Part shown: piece after piece, positions 30,718 through 40,540 of the stretch
How the letters are laid out: every line of letters starts with the position of its first letter
Position numbering within the stretch: the stretch's first letter is position 1
NCBI GenBank assembly: GCA_963790475.1
Contig: CAWBOS010000010.1
Location: 544,001-608,000, forward strand
Reading direction: 5' to 3'
From: an uncultured delta proteobacterium
GTDB lineage: Bacteria > Desulfobacterota > RBG-13-43-22
DNA length: 64,000 nucleotides
The notes under the pieces: model-generated
The model's database searches: none
Seen by the model: the letters and a program-made list of their open reading frames with translations, nothing else
What the model was told of the DNA's origin: nothing
Made by a program: the position numbers and the translations under genes

Positions 30718-31473
30718 ATGATTAAAAGAATCATTACAATGGCACTTGTGTTTTTATGGTCAGGGACGGCCTTTGCTGCCCATCCCCTTATTACCGATGA
30801 TACTGGCACACAGGGCAAGGGAAGATTCCAGCTTGAGTTTAATGGAGCGTATGGGTATGAAAATGAAAGTGGAGTCACAGAAGATATGATCCTGCTTGCA
30901 ACAGCACTAACCTACGGGATAGGTGATAATAGTGATGTGATTCTCGGCATCCCCTATCAGTTTATAAGAATAAAAGATTCAGAAAGCACAACCAGGTATG
31001 ACGGAATCTCAGATGTCTCCATTGATTTAAAATGGCGCTTTTATGAAAAAGACGGCCTTAGTTTGGCAATAAAACCAGGCATTACCCTTCCCACAGGGGA
31101 CAAAGAAAGGAGACTGGGCGCCGGAAGGACCACTTTCGGCCTGTTTTTCATTGCCACAAGGGAAATGAAGCCATGGGCATTCCACCTAACTCTCGGCTAT
31201 AAAAGAAACGAAAACAATATTAATGAAAGAAAAGACCTATGGCATGCCTCCCTGGCAGGAGAGATAGGGATTCTGAAAAACTTTAAAGCAGTTGCCAATA
31301 TCGGTGTTGCGAGAAATTCTGAGGAGGAATCAACTACTCATCCTGCATTCATCCTCGGGGGTTTCATCTATTCTCTTAATGAACAATTAGATGTCGATAG
31401 CGGAGTAAAAGCCGGACTCAATAAGGCCGAGGTGGACACCGTTCTGCTTGTAGGGCTAACCTACAGGTTTTAG
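30718..31473 (+). CDS. Putative outer-membrane beta-barrel (MetA-pathway/COG4313-like transporter)
   Basis: AFA signal peptide, HPLITDDT, G.SD....KWRF, LPTGD..LG.G, C-terminal YRF. Confidence 0.75.
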   Translation: MIKRIITMALVFLWSGTAFAAHPLITDDTGTQGKGRFQLEFNGAYGYENESGVTEDMILLATALTYGIGDNSDVILGIPYQFIRIKDSESTTRYDGISDVSIDLKWRFYEKDGLSLAIKPGITLPTGDKERRLGAGRTTFGLFFIATREMKPWAFHLTLGYKRNENNINERKDLWHASLAGEIGILKNFKAVANIGVARNSEEESTTHPAFILGGFIYSLNEQLDVDSGVKAGLNKAEVDTVLLVGLTYRF

Positions 31474-31482
31474 GAGATAAAA

Positions 31483-32241
31483 ATGAAAATTCAAAATTTA
31501 AAAATTCGAAGCCTTATTTTTGTGCTGTTTGGCTGCTTTTTATTTGCTGGCAATGCTTATGCCATGCATATTTCAGAGGGGATATTGCCCTGGAATTGGG
31601 CAGCGTTGTGGTTTATCCTTGCAGCGCCGTTTATTGCTGTTGGATTGCACAGGTTAAAGAAGCTTTCAAATAGTGACCTTTCATTTAAACCACTCGTTGG
31701 CCTCATGGCCGCGGTAGTCTTTATCATCTCCTGCATGCCCATACCTGTGCCAACTGCGGGGACGTGCTCCCATCCCTGCGGGACAGGGATCTCAGGGATA
31801 CTCCTTGGCCCGACTATCAGTATACTGATTACCGCAGTGGCACTTCTTATCCAGGCCCTTTTCCTTGCTCACGGCGGTTTAAGCACCTGGGGCGCGAACA
31901 TAATATCTATGGGTGTGATGGGCTCTTTTACAGGATATTTAACCTTCAAGGCATTACGCTCAATGAAGATAAACCTGGCCCTTTCAGGCTTCTTGGCAGG
32001 CTTGCTTGCGGATTGGGCAACATACATTACCACATCTGTTGAGCTTGCATCGGGGATAAGAGGCGATTCACCATTTATACCCTTATTTTCAAAAATACTA
32101 ATCGCCTTTATACCGACCCAACTTCCCCTCGGAATCCTTGAGGGAGCAATAACGGCAGGCATGGTAGTCCTGCTTTATAAAAGGCGTCCTGACCTTCTTG
32201 TGAAAATGCGCGTTTTAAAACCAGAGGAGGTGACGATATGA
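31483..32241 (+). CDS. cbiM: ECF cobalt transporter S component CbiM
   Basis: Signal peptide then MHISEGILP; GTCSHPCG; LAHGGL; PTQLPL..LEG. Confidence 0.95.
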   Translation: MKIQNLKIRSLIFVLFGCFLFAGNAYAMHISEGILPWNWAALWFILAAPFIAVGLHRLKKLSNSDLSFKPLVGLMAAVVFIISCMPIPVPTAGTCSHPCGTGISGILLGPTISILITAVALLIQALFLAHGGLSTWGANIISMGVMGSFTGYLTFKALRSMKINLALSGFLAGLLADWATYITTSVELASGIRGDSPFIPLFSKILIAFIPTQLPLGILEGAITAGMVVLLYKRRPDLLVKMRVLKPEEVTI

Positions 32242-32570
32242 GAAATCAAAAGTCAGAGTTCAGAGCTAAAGCAAAAAAACTAATTCTATACGGTGTTTCT
32301 GCTCTACTGCTCGTCTTTTGCTTTCAATCTTTTGCCGTCAGCGGTGAGAAATGGGCCGGTATTGATGAGTCTGTGGTTAAGAAAGTTGCAAAAGAGCACG
32401 GCAGGGAAGCAAAAGAGCCTCTGATAAACACAGACCAGGGAGACCTCCTCCTCTTTGTATTTCTCCTTGCAGGGGTAGTTGGAGGATTTGCAGCAGGATA
32501 TTACTGGAGAATACTTATGGTTGAGAACGCGCCTAAAATGTCCAGATCGAAAGAAGTAATTAAAGGCTGA
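32238..32570 (+). CDS. cbiN: CbiN-like small membrane component of the cobalt ECF transporter
   Basis: Two TM segments, WAGIDESVV, GDLLLFVFL..G..GGF.AGY; lies between cbiM and cbiQ. Confidence 0.75.
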   Translation: MRNQKSEFRAKAKKLILYGVSALLLVFCFQSFAVSGEKWAGIDESVVKKVAKEHGREAKEPLINTDQGDLLLFVFLLAGVVGGFAAGYYWRILMVENAPKMSRSKEVIKG

Positions 32571-32579
32571 TCTTGCTTT

Positions 32580-32615
32580 GTATGTGCAGGCTATCCAAGA
32601 ACAGCCTGCACATAC
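32580..32615. other. 13-bp perfect inverted repeat between cbiN and cbiQ
   Basis: GTATGTGCAGGCT / AGCCTGCACATAC. Confidence 0.7.
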
Positions 32616-32642
32616 CTGTTTCTAAACACCAGGGATGCTTAA

Positions 32643-33398
32643 ATGGAATTATTTTCAGAACATTTTAAAAAAGGTCATATTCTTTCAAAGATTGATGCGA
32701 GGCTAAAACTCCTCGTCGCCCTGACTATTCTTATAATGGTCCTGAGCTATAAAGGGTTTACCCTTCCATTGCTCGTGACAGTGATTTGCCTTTTTTTCTG
32801 CATTAAAATGAAGATACCCTTAAGGATCTTTTTTTTGAGGTTTTCAGAACCACTCTTTATTGCCTCCATAATACTTTTCCTGAAGATCTTCTTTTCTGGG
32901 AATGTCGTCCTTTTTTCTGCCGATATTTTAGGCATCAAGATTTGTGGATACAAAGACGGACTTATGGAAGGGTTAATGATAGCCTGCAGAATTTTAGGTG
33001 CCGTGTCCGTCACTGCCGTACTAGGATTTTCCACACCATTTACAGAATTCATGGCGGGCCTTTCCTGGTTTAAGGTTCCAAAGGGTTTTATCGAGGTATT
33101 GATGTTTGCCTACAGATATATTTTTGTACTCCTTGAAGATGCCATGGTCGTTTACAATGCACAAAAAAATCGCCTCGGCTATTCAAATATAAGGCGCGGA
33201 TTGGGATCTTTCGGCATTCTGTCAGGCTCATTAATACTCAGGGCATTTGATCACAGCCAGAATATTACAACCGCAATGGTTCAAAGAGGTTATGACGGCC
33301 ATATCCCCATGTTAAAACACAAGTCGTTCAAACCATCTGAGATTATTGTGTCGGTTCTGGTTATAATCGCAATGGGATTTGTATGGAAAATTCAGTAA
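32643..33398 (+). CDS. cbiQ: ECF transporter T component CbiQ
   Basis: IDARLK, YRYIFVL, AQKNRLGY, AMVQRGYDG. Confidence 0.93.
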   Translation: MELFSEHFKKGHILSKIDARLKLLVALTILIMVLSYKGFTLPLLVTVICLFFCIKMKIPLRIFFLRFSEPLFIASIILFLKIFFSGNVVLFSADILGIKICGYKDGLMEGLMIACRILGAVSVTAVLGFSTPFTEFMAGLSWFKVPKGFIEVLMFAYRYIFVLLEDAMVVYNAQKNRLGYSNIRRGLGSFGILSGSLILRAFDHSQNITTAMVQRGYDGHIPMLKHKSFKPSEIIVSVLVIIAMGFVWKIQ

Positions 33399-34255
33399 GA
33401 TTATCAATAAAAATAGATTCATTTAAATATTCTGACGGAACAAAAGCCCTTTCTGATATAAACCTTGAAATAAGGAGGGGGGAATTCGTCGGTCTCTTAG
33501 GCTCCAACGGTTCGGGCAAGACCACTTTGCTCAAAATTATGGATGGTCTGTTAAAAGATTTTTCCGGGAAGGCCCTGCTGGACGGACAGGAATTAAAAAA
33601 ATTATCCCCCAAGGAGATATACCGCAAGATGGGTCTTGTTTTCCAGAACCCTGACGATCAGCTCTTTGCCCCCACGGTCTTTGAAGACGTGGCTTTCGGG
33701 CCGATTAATATGGGCTTTCCCGAAAAGGAAATTACCGAGAGGACCATTCAGGCCTTGAAAGAGGTAGAGATGGAGGGCTATGAAAAGAAATCGATCCCTC
33801 ACCTGAGCTTCGGCCAGAAAAAAAGGATCTGCATCGCCGGGCTGCTGGCCATGGGCCACGAAATCCTCTTATTGGACGAGCCTACGGCCGGCCTCGATCC
33901 CATGGGCGAAACCAGGATGATGCACCTTTTGACCCGGTTGAACAAAGAAAATGGGGTGACTATGGTTATGGCCACCCACAGTGTGGATTTGGTCCCGGTG
34001 TTCTTGGACCGGCTTTATATCTTAAGCAAAGGCAAGATGGCCAGAGGCGGAACGCCGGAAGAGGTTTTCAACGCCCCTGAAGATATGAGCCAGGTCAAAC
34101 TCCGTTTGCCCCAGATCGCTGAATTGATCTATCGCTTAAAACATGAGGACCGTTTGCCCTTTGATAAAATCCCATTGACCGTGGGAAAGGCCAGAAGAGA
34201 CCTAATCCGGCTCTATGAGGGGACAAGGCCTAAAGGCGAGGCAGAGGGTTTATGA
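33383..34255 (+). CDS. cbiO: ECF transporter ATPase CbiO
   Basis: GSNGSGKTT, FQNPDDQLF, LSFGQKKR, LDEPTAGLDP. Confidence 0.94.
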   Translation: MENSVRLSIKIDSFKYSDGTKALSDINLEIRRGEFVGLLGSNGSGKTTLLKIMDGLLKDFSGKALLDGQELKKLSPKEIYRKMGLVFQNPDDQLFAPTVFEDVAFGPINMGFPEKEITERTIQALKEVEMEGYEKKSIPHLSFGQKKRICIAGLLAMGHEILLLDEPTAGLDPMGETRMMHLLTRLNKENGVTMVMATHSVDLVPVFLDRLYILSKGKMARGGTPEEVFNAPEDMSQVKLRLPQIAELIYRLKHEDRLPFDKIPLTVGKARRDLIRLYEGTRPKGEAEGL

Positions 34256-35307
34256 GCACCCTGCGCTCCGGCTATACTACCGGGACCTGTGCTGCGGCAG
34301 CGGCTAAGGCCGCCGCGAGAATTCTCAGAGATGGGATTCAGGAAGAAGAAGTGGAGGTTGGGCTGCCCGATGGGGAACGGGTACGCTTTCCGGTGCTCCT
34401 GGCAAACCTGTATGAGGGATGCGGTCAGGCGGCGGTGCGCAAAGATGCCGGAGATGATCCGGATATTACCCACGGTGTTTTGATCAAGGCCACGGTCTCC
34501 TGGTTAACCGGAAAGGATATTGTCTTTGAAGCCGGCGAGGGCGTGGGAAGGATCACCAAACCGGGATTGATGCTGCCAGTCGGGGAAGCGGCCATCAATC
34601 ACGTACCGCGGGAGCAGATCCGTCGGGCCGTTCGGGAAATAACCGATCAAGGGTTACGGATCATCATATCTATCCCCGGGGGGGAGGAATTGGCCGCCAA
34701 GACTTTTAATCCCCGCCTGGGGGTGATGGGTGGTTTATCGATTCTGGGGACCCAGGGCCGGGTCCGTCCTTTCAGCTGTCCGGCCTTGCGGGAATCCTTA
34801 AGATGCACATTAAATGTGGCTTGGGCCGCAGGGGTCAAGGCCCCGGTTTTTGTCCCCGGCCATATCGGAGAAAGGGCCGCCAGAAAACACTTTTCCCTCC
34901 ATCCTGATCAGGTCATCGAAGTGAGCAATGAATGGGGCTTCATGCTGGACGGTCTGACCGAATATGACTTTGAACACCTGCTGGTCCTGGGCCACCCGGG
35001 GAAACTGGCTAAACTGGCGGAAGATCAGTGGGACACCCATTCTTCCCGATCAAAGAGTGCCCTGGCTTCTGTAGAAAAGACGGCCAAGGGGATTCTAAAA
35101 AGTTCTCTGCCGGTCAGTTCGACAGTAGAGGGATTTCTAATGGCCTTATCTTATGAGGAGAGAAATGCCCTCGGTGATCTGTTGGCCGGCCGGGTTAATG
35201 ATGCGGTCAGAGGCCGTCTTGGAAAACAGATAGAGACGGCCGCCGTATTGGTCAATCTGCAAGGAGAGTGGCTGGGCGCTTCCGGAAACCTGGAGCCTTG
35301 GCAATGA
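34252..35307 (+). CDS. cbiD: Cobalt-precorrin-5B C1-methyltransferase
   Basis: LRSGYTTGTCAAAA, KDAGDDPDITHG, TFNPRLG..GGLSILGT. Confidence 0.95.
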   Translation: MSTLRSGYTTGTCAAAAAKAAARILRDGIQEEEVEVGLPDGERVRFPVLLANLYEGCGQAAVRKDAGDDPDITHGVLIKATVSWLTGKDIVFEAGEGVGRITKPGLMLPVGEAAINHVPREQIRRAVREITDQGLRIIISIPGGEELAAKTFNPRLGVMGGLSILGTQGRVRPFSCPALRESLRCTLNVAWAAGVKAPVFVPGHIGERAARKHFSLHPDQVIEVSNEWGFMLDGLTEYDFEHLLVLGHPGKLAKLAEDQWDTHSSRSKSALASVEKTAKGILKSSLPVSSTVEGFLMALSYEERNALGDLLAGRVNDAVRGRLGKQIETAAVLVNLQGEWLGASGNLEPWQ

Positions 35308-36032
35308 AAAAACCTGACATAACCATCGTCGGCTGTGGCCCCGGATCACCGGAGTATATAACACCTTTGGCCTTAAAGGTCATTAAGGGGGCGAAAATCC
35401 TGGTGGGGGCCAGGAGACTGCTGGATCTTTTCCCGGATCATCGGGCCGAGAGGGTCATCGAGATGGAGGACAAGGTGAAAACCGTTTTGGAAGAAATGGC
35501 CCTTTGCCAGGACCGTCCCATGGTTGTGCTGGTTTCCGGCGATCCCGGTCTGTCCAGTCTGGCCCGCCCGGTGATCGGGCGGTTTGGGCGAGAGGCCTGC
35601 CGGGTCATACCGGGAGTCAGCTCGATCCAGGTGGCCTTTGCCCGTTTAGGTATGGATTGGGGGAAGGCCCGGATCATAGACGCCCATAGCCAGGATCCAA
35701 AAACGGATTTGCAGGAAATCCTTGATTCAGGTGTGGAGAAGGTAGCCGTTTTGGGGGGCCGCCAAGGTTCTTTGGAGTGGCTGGCCAAGGCCTTGCAAGG
35801 CTTGAACTCCGACTGCGCCCTTTATGTTTGCGAAAATTTAACCCTGGCCGATGAGAAGATTCGTCTGGTAGAAGCAAAGGATTTGAGGAAGATTACCGTT
35901 TCTTCTCGGACTATTTTTTTAGTTGTCAAAAATCATGACAAAGGATTGAAGAGGTCTAGTGAAAGGTATTCAGTCAAATCCTCGAACCCTGGACCCCTGG
36001 AATCCTCGGCCCCCTTTGACTTAACTCTATAG
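35304..36032 (+). CDS. cbiE: Cobalt-precorrin-7 C5-methyltransferase; current stop codon lies inside the IS1380 left end
   Basis: IVGCGPG, VSGDPG, IPGVSSIQ, CENL..DE; no CbiT domain. Confidence 0.88.
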   Translation: MKKPDITIVGCGPGSPEYITPLALKVIKGAKILVGARRLLDLFPDHRAERVIEMEDKVKTVLEEMALCQDRPMVVLVSGDPGLSSLARPVIGRFGREACRVIPGVSSIQVAFARLGMDWGKARIIDAHSQDPKTDLQEILDSGVEKVAVLGGRQGSLEWLAKALQGLNSDCALYVCENLTLADEKIRLVEAKDLRKITVSSRTIFLVVKNHDKGLKRSSERYSVKSSNPGPLESSAPFDLTL

Positions 36033-37556
36033 TGGCATAAAAAAAGTTTAATAAAAGTAATAAAGAGCTTGAAAGGTGGCTCCAGTATTGGTTAAAGTGA
36101 GATTAGCACATCACACAATTTTCCGTCACTGGAGGCCACCTAAGGTGAAGTATAGCAAAAGGCATTTTTTTAGTCGAGCATATAAAACTCTTCAGATCCG
36201 ATTTGAAGATCAGAAACTTACATCCTTTTCAGGTTTGATAATTTTTCATCCTTTGTTTCAGAAACTGGGTTTGAAAGAACGACTGCGCCAGTGTTTTCGT
36301 CACCTGCACGTCTCGGAAATTATAGGACATCATGTAATTATGATGCTGCTGATTATCCATATTCTTTTGGGCTTTCGAAGACTCCGGGATATGGACTATT
36401 ATAAAGATGATCCTTTGGTTCAAAGACTATTAGGAATGAAACGCCTCCCGGATGTCTCTACGGTTTGTCGCGCCTTAAAAAGTACCGATCCAAAAGCCAT
36501 CCAAAAAATCCGAGAACTGAACCGCCAGATGGTTATCGAACGTCTCCAAAAAACTGGTCTGAGTCGATTAACCGTTGACTTTGATGGATCAGTTTTATCT
36601 ACATCCCGAAAAGCCGAAGGCACGGCGGTTGGATTTAACAAGAAAAAGAAGGGAGCCCGAAGTTACTATCCCCTTTTTTGTACCATTGCCCAAACCGGAC
36701 AAGTATTTGATTTCTATCATCGCCCCGGCAATGTCCATGATTCGAATGGGGCCAGTGAGTTTATCCATCAATGCCTTAGCTGGCTCAAACAAGAACTGCC
36801 GGGTATTACGCTTGAGGTCCGGATGGATAGCGCTTTTTTCAGCCAGGAAATAGTTGCCTTATTAGACCAGGAATCCATCGAATTTACCCTCAGCGTTCCT
36901 TTTGAACGCTTTGCCGAATTAAAATCGATGATTGAAAATCGAGTGCGTTGGCGTCATTTAAATAATCGCTGGTCGTATTTTGAAACCCCCTGGAAACCGA
37001 AAAAATGGCCGGTAAAGTTCCGTTTTGTTTTTATACGACAACGATGCAAGCAAATCCAAAAAGCCCCGATTCAATTGGATCTCTTTATCCCTTTAGAATA
37101 TGGGTACGAGTATAAGGTCATCGTAACCAACAAGAGGATTTCTGCTAAAAAGATCCTGGTCTTTCACAATGGTCGAGGAAGTCAGGAGAGTGTCTTTGGG
37201 GAATTGAAATCCCAAAGCCAACTGGATTATATTGCGGTTAAGAAACTTTCAGGAAACCAATGTTACATGATAGCGGCTATTTTTGCCCATAACCTGAACC
37301 GGGAATTACAAATGGCTACCCGGGATAGAGATCGAGGAACCTCCGAGAAAAGAACCCCGCTTTGGAATTTTCATGAATTAAAATGGATCCGCCATCGTTA
37401 TATTCAAAGAGCAGGAAGACTCACAGCACCCCAGGGTAACCTGACTCTTACTATGAGTGGTAATGAAGTCGTTAAACATGGTTTGTTCGAATTCTTAGAT
37501 ACTTTTAAAATGGCAGCATAATTCAAAATTTGGCGATTTCTTTTGCAACGTTTAGG
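36025..37556 (+). mobile_element. IS1380-family insertion sequence with TTAA target duplication
   Basis: TTAA at 36021-36024 and 37557-37560; imperfect IRs CTCTATAGTGGCATAA / CCTAAACGTTGCAAAA; AT-rich. Confidence 0.88.
36145..37521 (+). CDS. IS1380-family DDE transposase
   Basis: LTSFSG, VDFDGS, SYYPL, RPGN, VRMDSAF, HNGRGSQE..FGELK; GGAGG before GTG. Confidence 0.9.
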   Translation: MKYSKRHFFSRAYKTLQIRFEDQKLTSFSGLIIFHPLFQKLGLKERLRQCFRHLHVSEIIGHHVIMMLLIIHILLGFRRLRDMDYYKDDPLVQRLLGMKRLPDVSTVCRALKSTDPKAIQKIRELNRQMVIERLQKTGLSRLTVDFDGSVLSTSRKAEGTAVGFNKKKKGARSYYPLFCTIAQTGQVFDFYHRPGNVHDSNGASEFIHQCLSWLKQELPGITLEVRMDSAFFSQEIVALLDQESIEFTLSVPFERFAELKSMIENRVRWRHLNNRWSYFETPWKPKKWPVKFRFVFIRQRCKQIQKAPIQLDLFIPLEYGYEYKVIVTNKRISAKKILVFHNGRGSQESVFGELKSQSQLDYIAVKKLSGNQCYMIAAIFAHNLNRELQMATRDRDRGTSEKRTPLWNFHELKWIRHRYIQRAGRLTAPQGNLTLTMSGNEVVKHGLFEFLDTFKMAA

Positions 37557-37570
37557 TTAAGAAAGCTTTT

Positions 37571-38302
37571 ATGAAAACACTTGGGAAACTTTATGGTATC
37601 GGAGTAGGTCCCGGAGACCCGGAATTGATGACCATCAAGGGGGCCAAACTCCTTTCGACATGCCGGATGGTCTTTGTCCCCAAATCCCGGGAAGAGCGGG
37701 ACAGTGCTGCCTTGAAGATCGCCGGTCCATTCCTGGGCCGGGATTCCCAGGTCATGGAATTGATGTTCCCCATGATCACCGACCCGAAGGCACTATCCAA
37801 TTATTGGGATGAGGCCGCCCAAAAAATCGCCGACTATCTCCTGCAAGGGCATAACTGCTGCTTCCTGACCCTGGGCGACCCCTTGCTCTATTCCACCTAT
37901 ATTTATCTTTTACGTCATCTGCGTAAAAAAATCCCTGAGCTTACGGCCTTGACCGTCCCGGGGGTAAACGCCTTCAGCGCCGCCGCGGCCCTGGCCGAAT
38001 TTCCAGTGGGAGAGGCCAAGGCGCCGGTGACGATCATCCCCACGGCCGACGATCTGGCCATGGTCGAACAGGCATTGAAAAAGGGCGGAACAGTGGTCCT
38101 AATGAAGATTGGAAAACGTTTGGCCAAGATTCTGGACCTTTTAGAAAAGCTGGGGCTCATGGATCAAGCCGTCTTTGTGGCCCGGGCCGGGCAGGAAGGA
38201 CAGAGGATAGAATTCGATTTACATCGATTGAAGGCAGAGGACCCTGAGGCCGGGTATCTTTCCATAATCCTGGTTCATGCCGAAGGAAAGGAAAAATCAT
38301 GA
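37571..38302 (+). CDS. cbiL: Cobalt-factor II C20-methyltransferase
   Basis: LYGIGVGPGDPELMT, FPM, LTLGDPLLYST, VLMK, YLS. Confidence 0.93.
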   Translation: MKTLGKLYGIGVGPGDPELMTIKGAKLLSTCRMVFVPKSREERDSAALKIAGPFLGRDSQVMELMFPMITDPKALSNYWDEAAQKIADYLLQGHNCCFLTLGDPLLYSTYIYLLRHLRKKIPELTALTVPGVNAFSAAAALAEFPVGEAKAPVTIIPTADDLAMVEQALKKGGTVVLMKIGKRLAKILDLLEKLGLMDQAVFVARAGQEGQRIEFDLHRLKAEDPEAGYLSIILVHAEGKEKS

Positions 38303-39057
38303 AGGTTTATTTCGTGGGCGCCGGGCCGGGAGATCCTGATCTTTTGACCGTCAAGGCCGAAAAACTTTTAAAAACCTGTCAATATTGCATCTATGCCGGC
38401 TCCCTGGTCAGTCCCGAGGTTCTTCAAATATTACCCGAAAAGGCCCAAAAATATGATTCGGCCGGGTTATCCCTGAAAGAAATTATAGCCCTGTGCCTTA
38501 AGGCCAAAGGACTGGGTCTGGACGCCATCCGTCTCCATTCCGGAGACCCCTCCATTTATGGGGCCATTCGGGAACAGATGAATGAGTTGGATCTTTTGGG
38601 CATCGACTATGAGGTTGTCCCCGGAGTCAGTTCCTTTCAGGCCGCTGCTGCGGCCTTGAAGACCGAACTCACCGCACCTGAAGTTTCGCAGACCATCATC
38701 CTGACCAGGACCTCCGGGCGCACCCCCATGCCCAAGGGGCAGGAACTGGATTCTTTGGCCCGTCTGAAGGCCACCCTATGTATCTTTCTTTCCATAGACC
38801 GCCTCGACTCCATCGTTGAAATCCTGGCCCCTTACTACGGCCCGGATTGTCCGGCCGCCGTGGTCTACCGGAGTTCCTGGCCGGATCAACAAATCATCCG
38901 GGGGACCTTGCTGGACCTTCCGGAAAAGGTACGCTCGACCGAAATCAGTAAAACCGCATTGATCCTGGTAGGTCAGGCCTTGGCCCGGAACATTCCGGCC
39001 TCCAGACTCTACGACCAGGGATTCAGCCACGGCTTTCGCCAAGGAGACCAGGTATGA
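38299..39057 (+). CDS. cbiF: Cobalt-precorrin-4 C11-methyltransferase
   Basis: FVGAGPGDPDLLT, YAGSLV, RLHSGDPSIYGAI.EQ, SQTIILTR, SRLYD..FSH. Confidence 0.95.
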   Translation: MKVYFVGAGPGDPDLLTVKAEKLLKTCQYCIYAGSLVSPEVLQILPEKAQKYDSAGLSLKEIIALCLKAKGLGLDAIRLHSGDPSIYGAIREQMNELDLLGIDYEVVPGVSSFQAAAAALKTELTAPEVSQTIILTRTSGRTPMPKGQELDSLARLKATLCIFLSIDRLDSIVEILAPYYGPDCPAAVVYRSSWPDQQIIRGTLLDLPEKVRSTEISKTALILVGQALARNIPASRLYDQGFSHGFRQGDQV

Positions 39058-39854
39058 AACTGGCCCTGATCAGCCTCTCCTGGGAAGGGGCGACGCTGGC
39101 CTTTCGTCTTCAAAAAGCGTTGCCGGAAGGGGAGGTTTTTTTGCATCGACAGGTCCCATCGAAATTGCCGGCTAAACGATTCGACAGCATTTTGGCCCTG
39201 ACTGAAGAGATATTTCCGCAATACGAAGGGTTGATCTACATCATGCCTGCCGGGGTGGTTATCAGGAGCTTGGCTCCTTACCTTAAGCACAAAACCCAAG
39301 ACCCGGCGGTCGTGTCCGTGGATGTGGGCGGGAGGTTTGCCATAAGCCTGCTCAGCGGCCATGAGGGAGGGGCTAATGACCTGGCCCTTGTGGTCGGGAA
39401 TATCTTACGGGCCGAACCGGTCATCACCACTACCACGGAGGCCCTGAAATCACTGATTGTCGGGATCGGTTGCCGACGGGGTGCCGGAGCGGAAGCCATC
39501 ATTGCCGCTGTGCAGACCGCTTTGAAGGAAAGCTCTTTGGGAATCAACCAGGTCCGTTATTTAGCCTCGGCCGACATCAAGGCCGATGAAAAAGGACTGG
39601 TTGATGCGGCCAAAAAGTTGCAGATCCCTTTGCGATTTATCCCTTCCCAGGAGATACGCACCACCATCAAAGCCTTTGAACACTCGGAGTTTGTAAAAAA
39701 GAAAGTCAATCTGCCGGCCGTGGCCGAAGCCTCAGCCTTGCTGGCAGGAAGGAGGACCCAATTAATTCTATCCAAGAAGATCTTCAACGGGGTGACCGTG
39801 GCCATCGCCAGGGAAAACTTTTTGTGGTCGGCATCGGACCCGGAGGACCGTTAG
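39054..39854 (+). CDS. cbiG: Cobalt-precorrin-5A hydrolase
   Basis: KTQDPAVV, SLLSGHEGGAN, VITT, GIGCRRG, K.DE.GL, VAEA. Confidence 0.93.
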   Translation: MKLALISLSWEGATLAFRLQKALPEGEVFLHRQVPSKLPAKRFDSILALTEEIFPQYEGLIYIMPAGVVIRSLAPYLKHKTQDPAVVSVDVGGRFAISLLSGHEGGANDLALVVGNILRAEPVITTTTEALKSLIVGIGCRRGAGAEAIIAAVQTALKESSLGINQVRYLASADIKADEKGLVDAAKKLQIPLRFIPSQEIRTTIKAFEHSEFVKKKVNLPAVAEASALLAGRRTQLILSKKIFNGVTVAIARENFLWSASDPEDR

Positions 39855-40540
39855 ACCGAACCCTGCGGGCCGAGAAGGCCATCGGCCAAAGCACAATTAT
39901 TGTGGGTTATGCCCGTTATCTGGAGCTGATAAAAGACCTGATCCGGAGCAAGGAGATTATCTCCTCCGGGATGCGTCAGGAAAAAGAACGCTGCCTGATG
40001 GCCCTTCGACGGGCCCTGGAGGGAAATACCGTTTCCCTGATCTCCTCCGGGGATCCCGGTATTTACGGCATGGCCGGCTTGGTCCTGGAGCTGTCCGCCT
40101 CGGTAGGATTTCAAGTCCCCATTGAAATTGTTCCCGGTGTCTCGGCCTCGAATGCCGCCGCGGCTAAGTTAGGGGCCCCCATTATGCTCGACTATGCCTC
40201 AATCAGTCTGAGCGATCTGCTGGTTCCCTGGAAAACCATCTTGGGGCGCTTGGAGGCCGTGGCCCAGGCCGACCTGGTAACCGTCCTGTATAATCCTAAG
40301 AGCAAAAAGCGGGTACGCCAATTGGATGAGGCCATAAACCTCTTCAGAGGCTTCCGTCCGGGATCGACGCCGGTGGGGATCGGGACAGCCATCGGAACTG
40401 ATGAGGAACATTTCGTCCTGACTGATTTAACCCACTGCCTGGGCTTTGATATTTCCATGAGGAGCATTCTCATTGTGGGAAATAAATCTTCAACAAACCT
40501 TAAAGGCTGGTTCATTACCCCCAGAGGATATAGCCTGTGA
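39824..40540 (+). CDS. cbiH: Cobalt-factor III / precorrin-3B C17-methyltransferase
   Basis: VGIGPG, SSGDPGIYGMA, ISLSDLL.PW, LYNP.S, ITPRGY; start approximate. Confidence 0.95.
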   Translation: MVGIGPGGPLDRTLRAEKAIGQSTIIVGYARYLELIKDLIRSKEIISSGMRQEKERCLMALRRALEGNTVSLISSGDPGIYGMAGLVLELSASVGFQVPIEIVPGVSASNAAAAKLGAPIMLDYASISLSDLLVPWKTILGRLEAVAQADLVTVLYNPKSKKRVRQLDEAINLFRGFRPGSTPVGIGTAIGTDEEHFVLTDLTHCLGFDISMRSILIVGNKSSTNLKGWFITPRGYSL

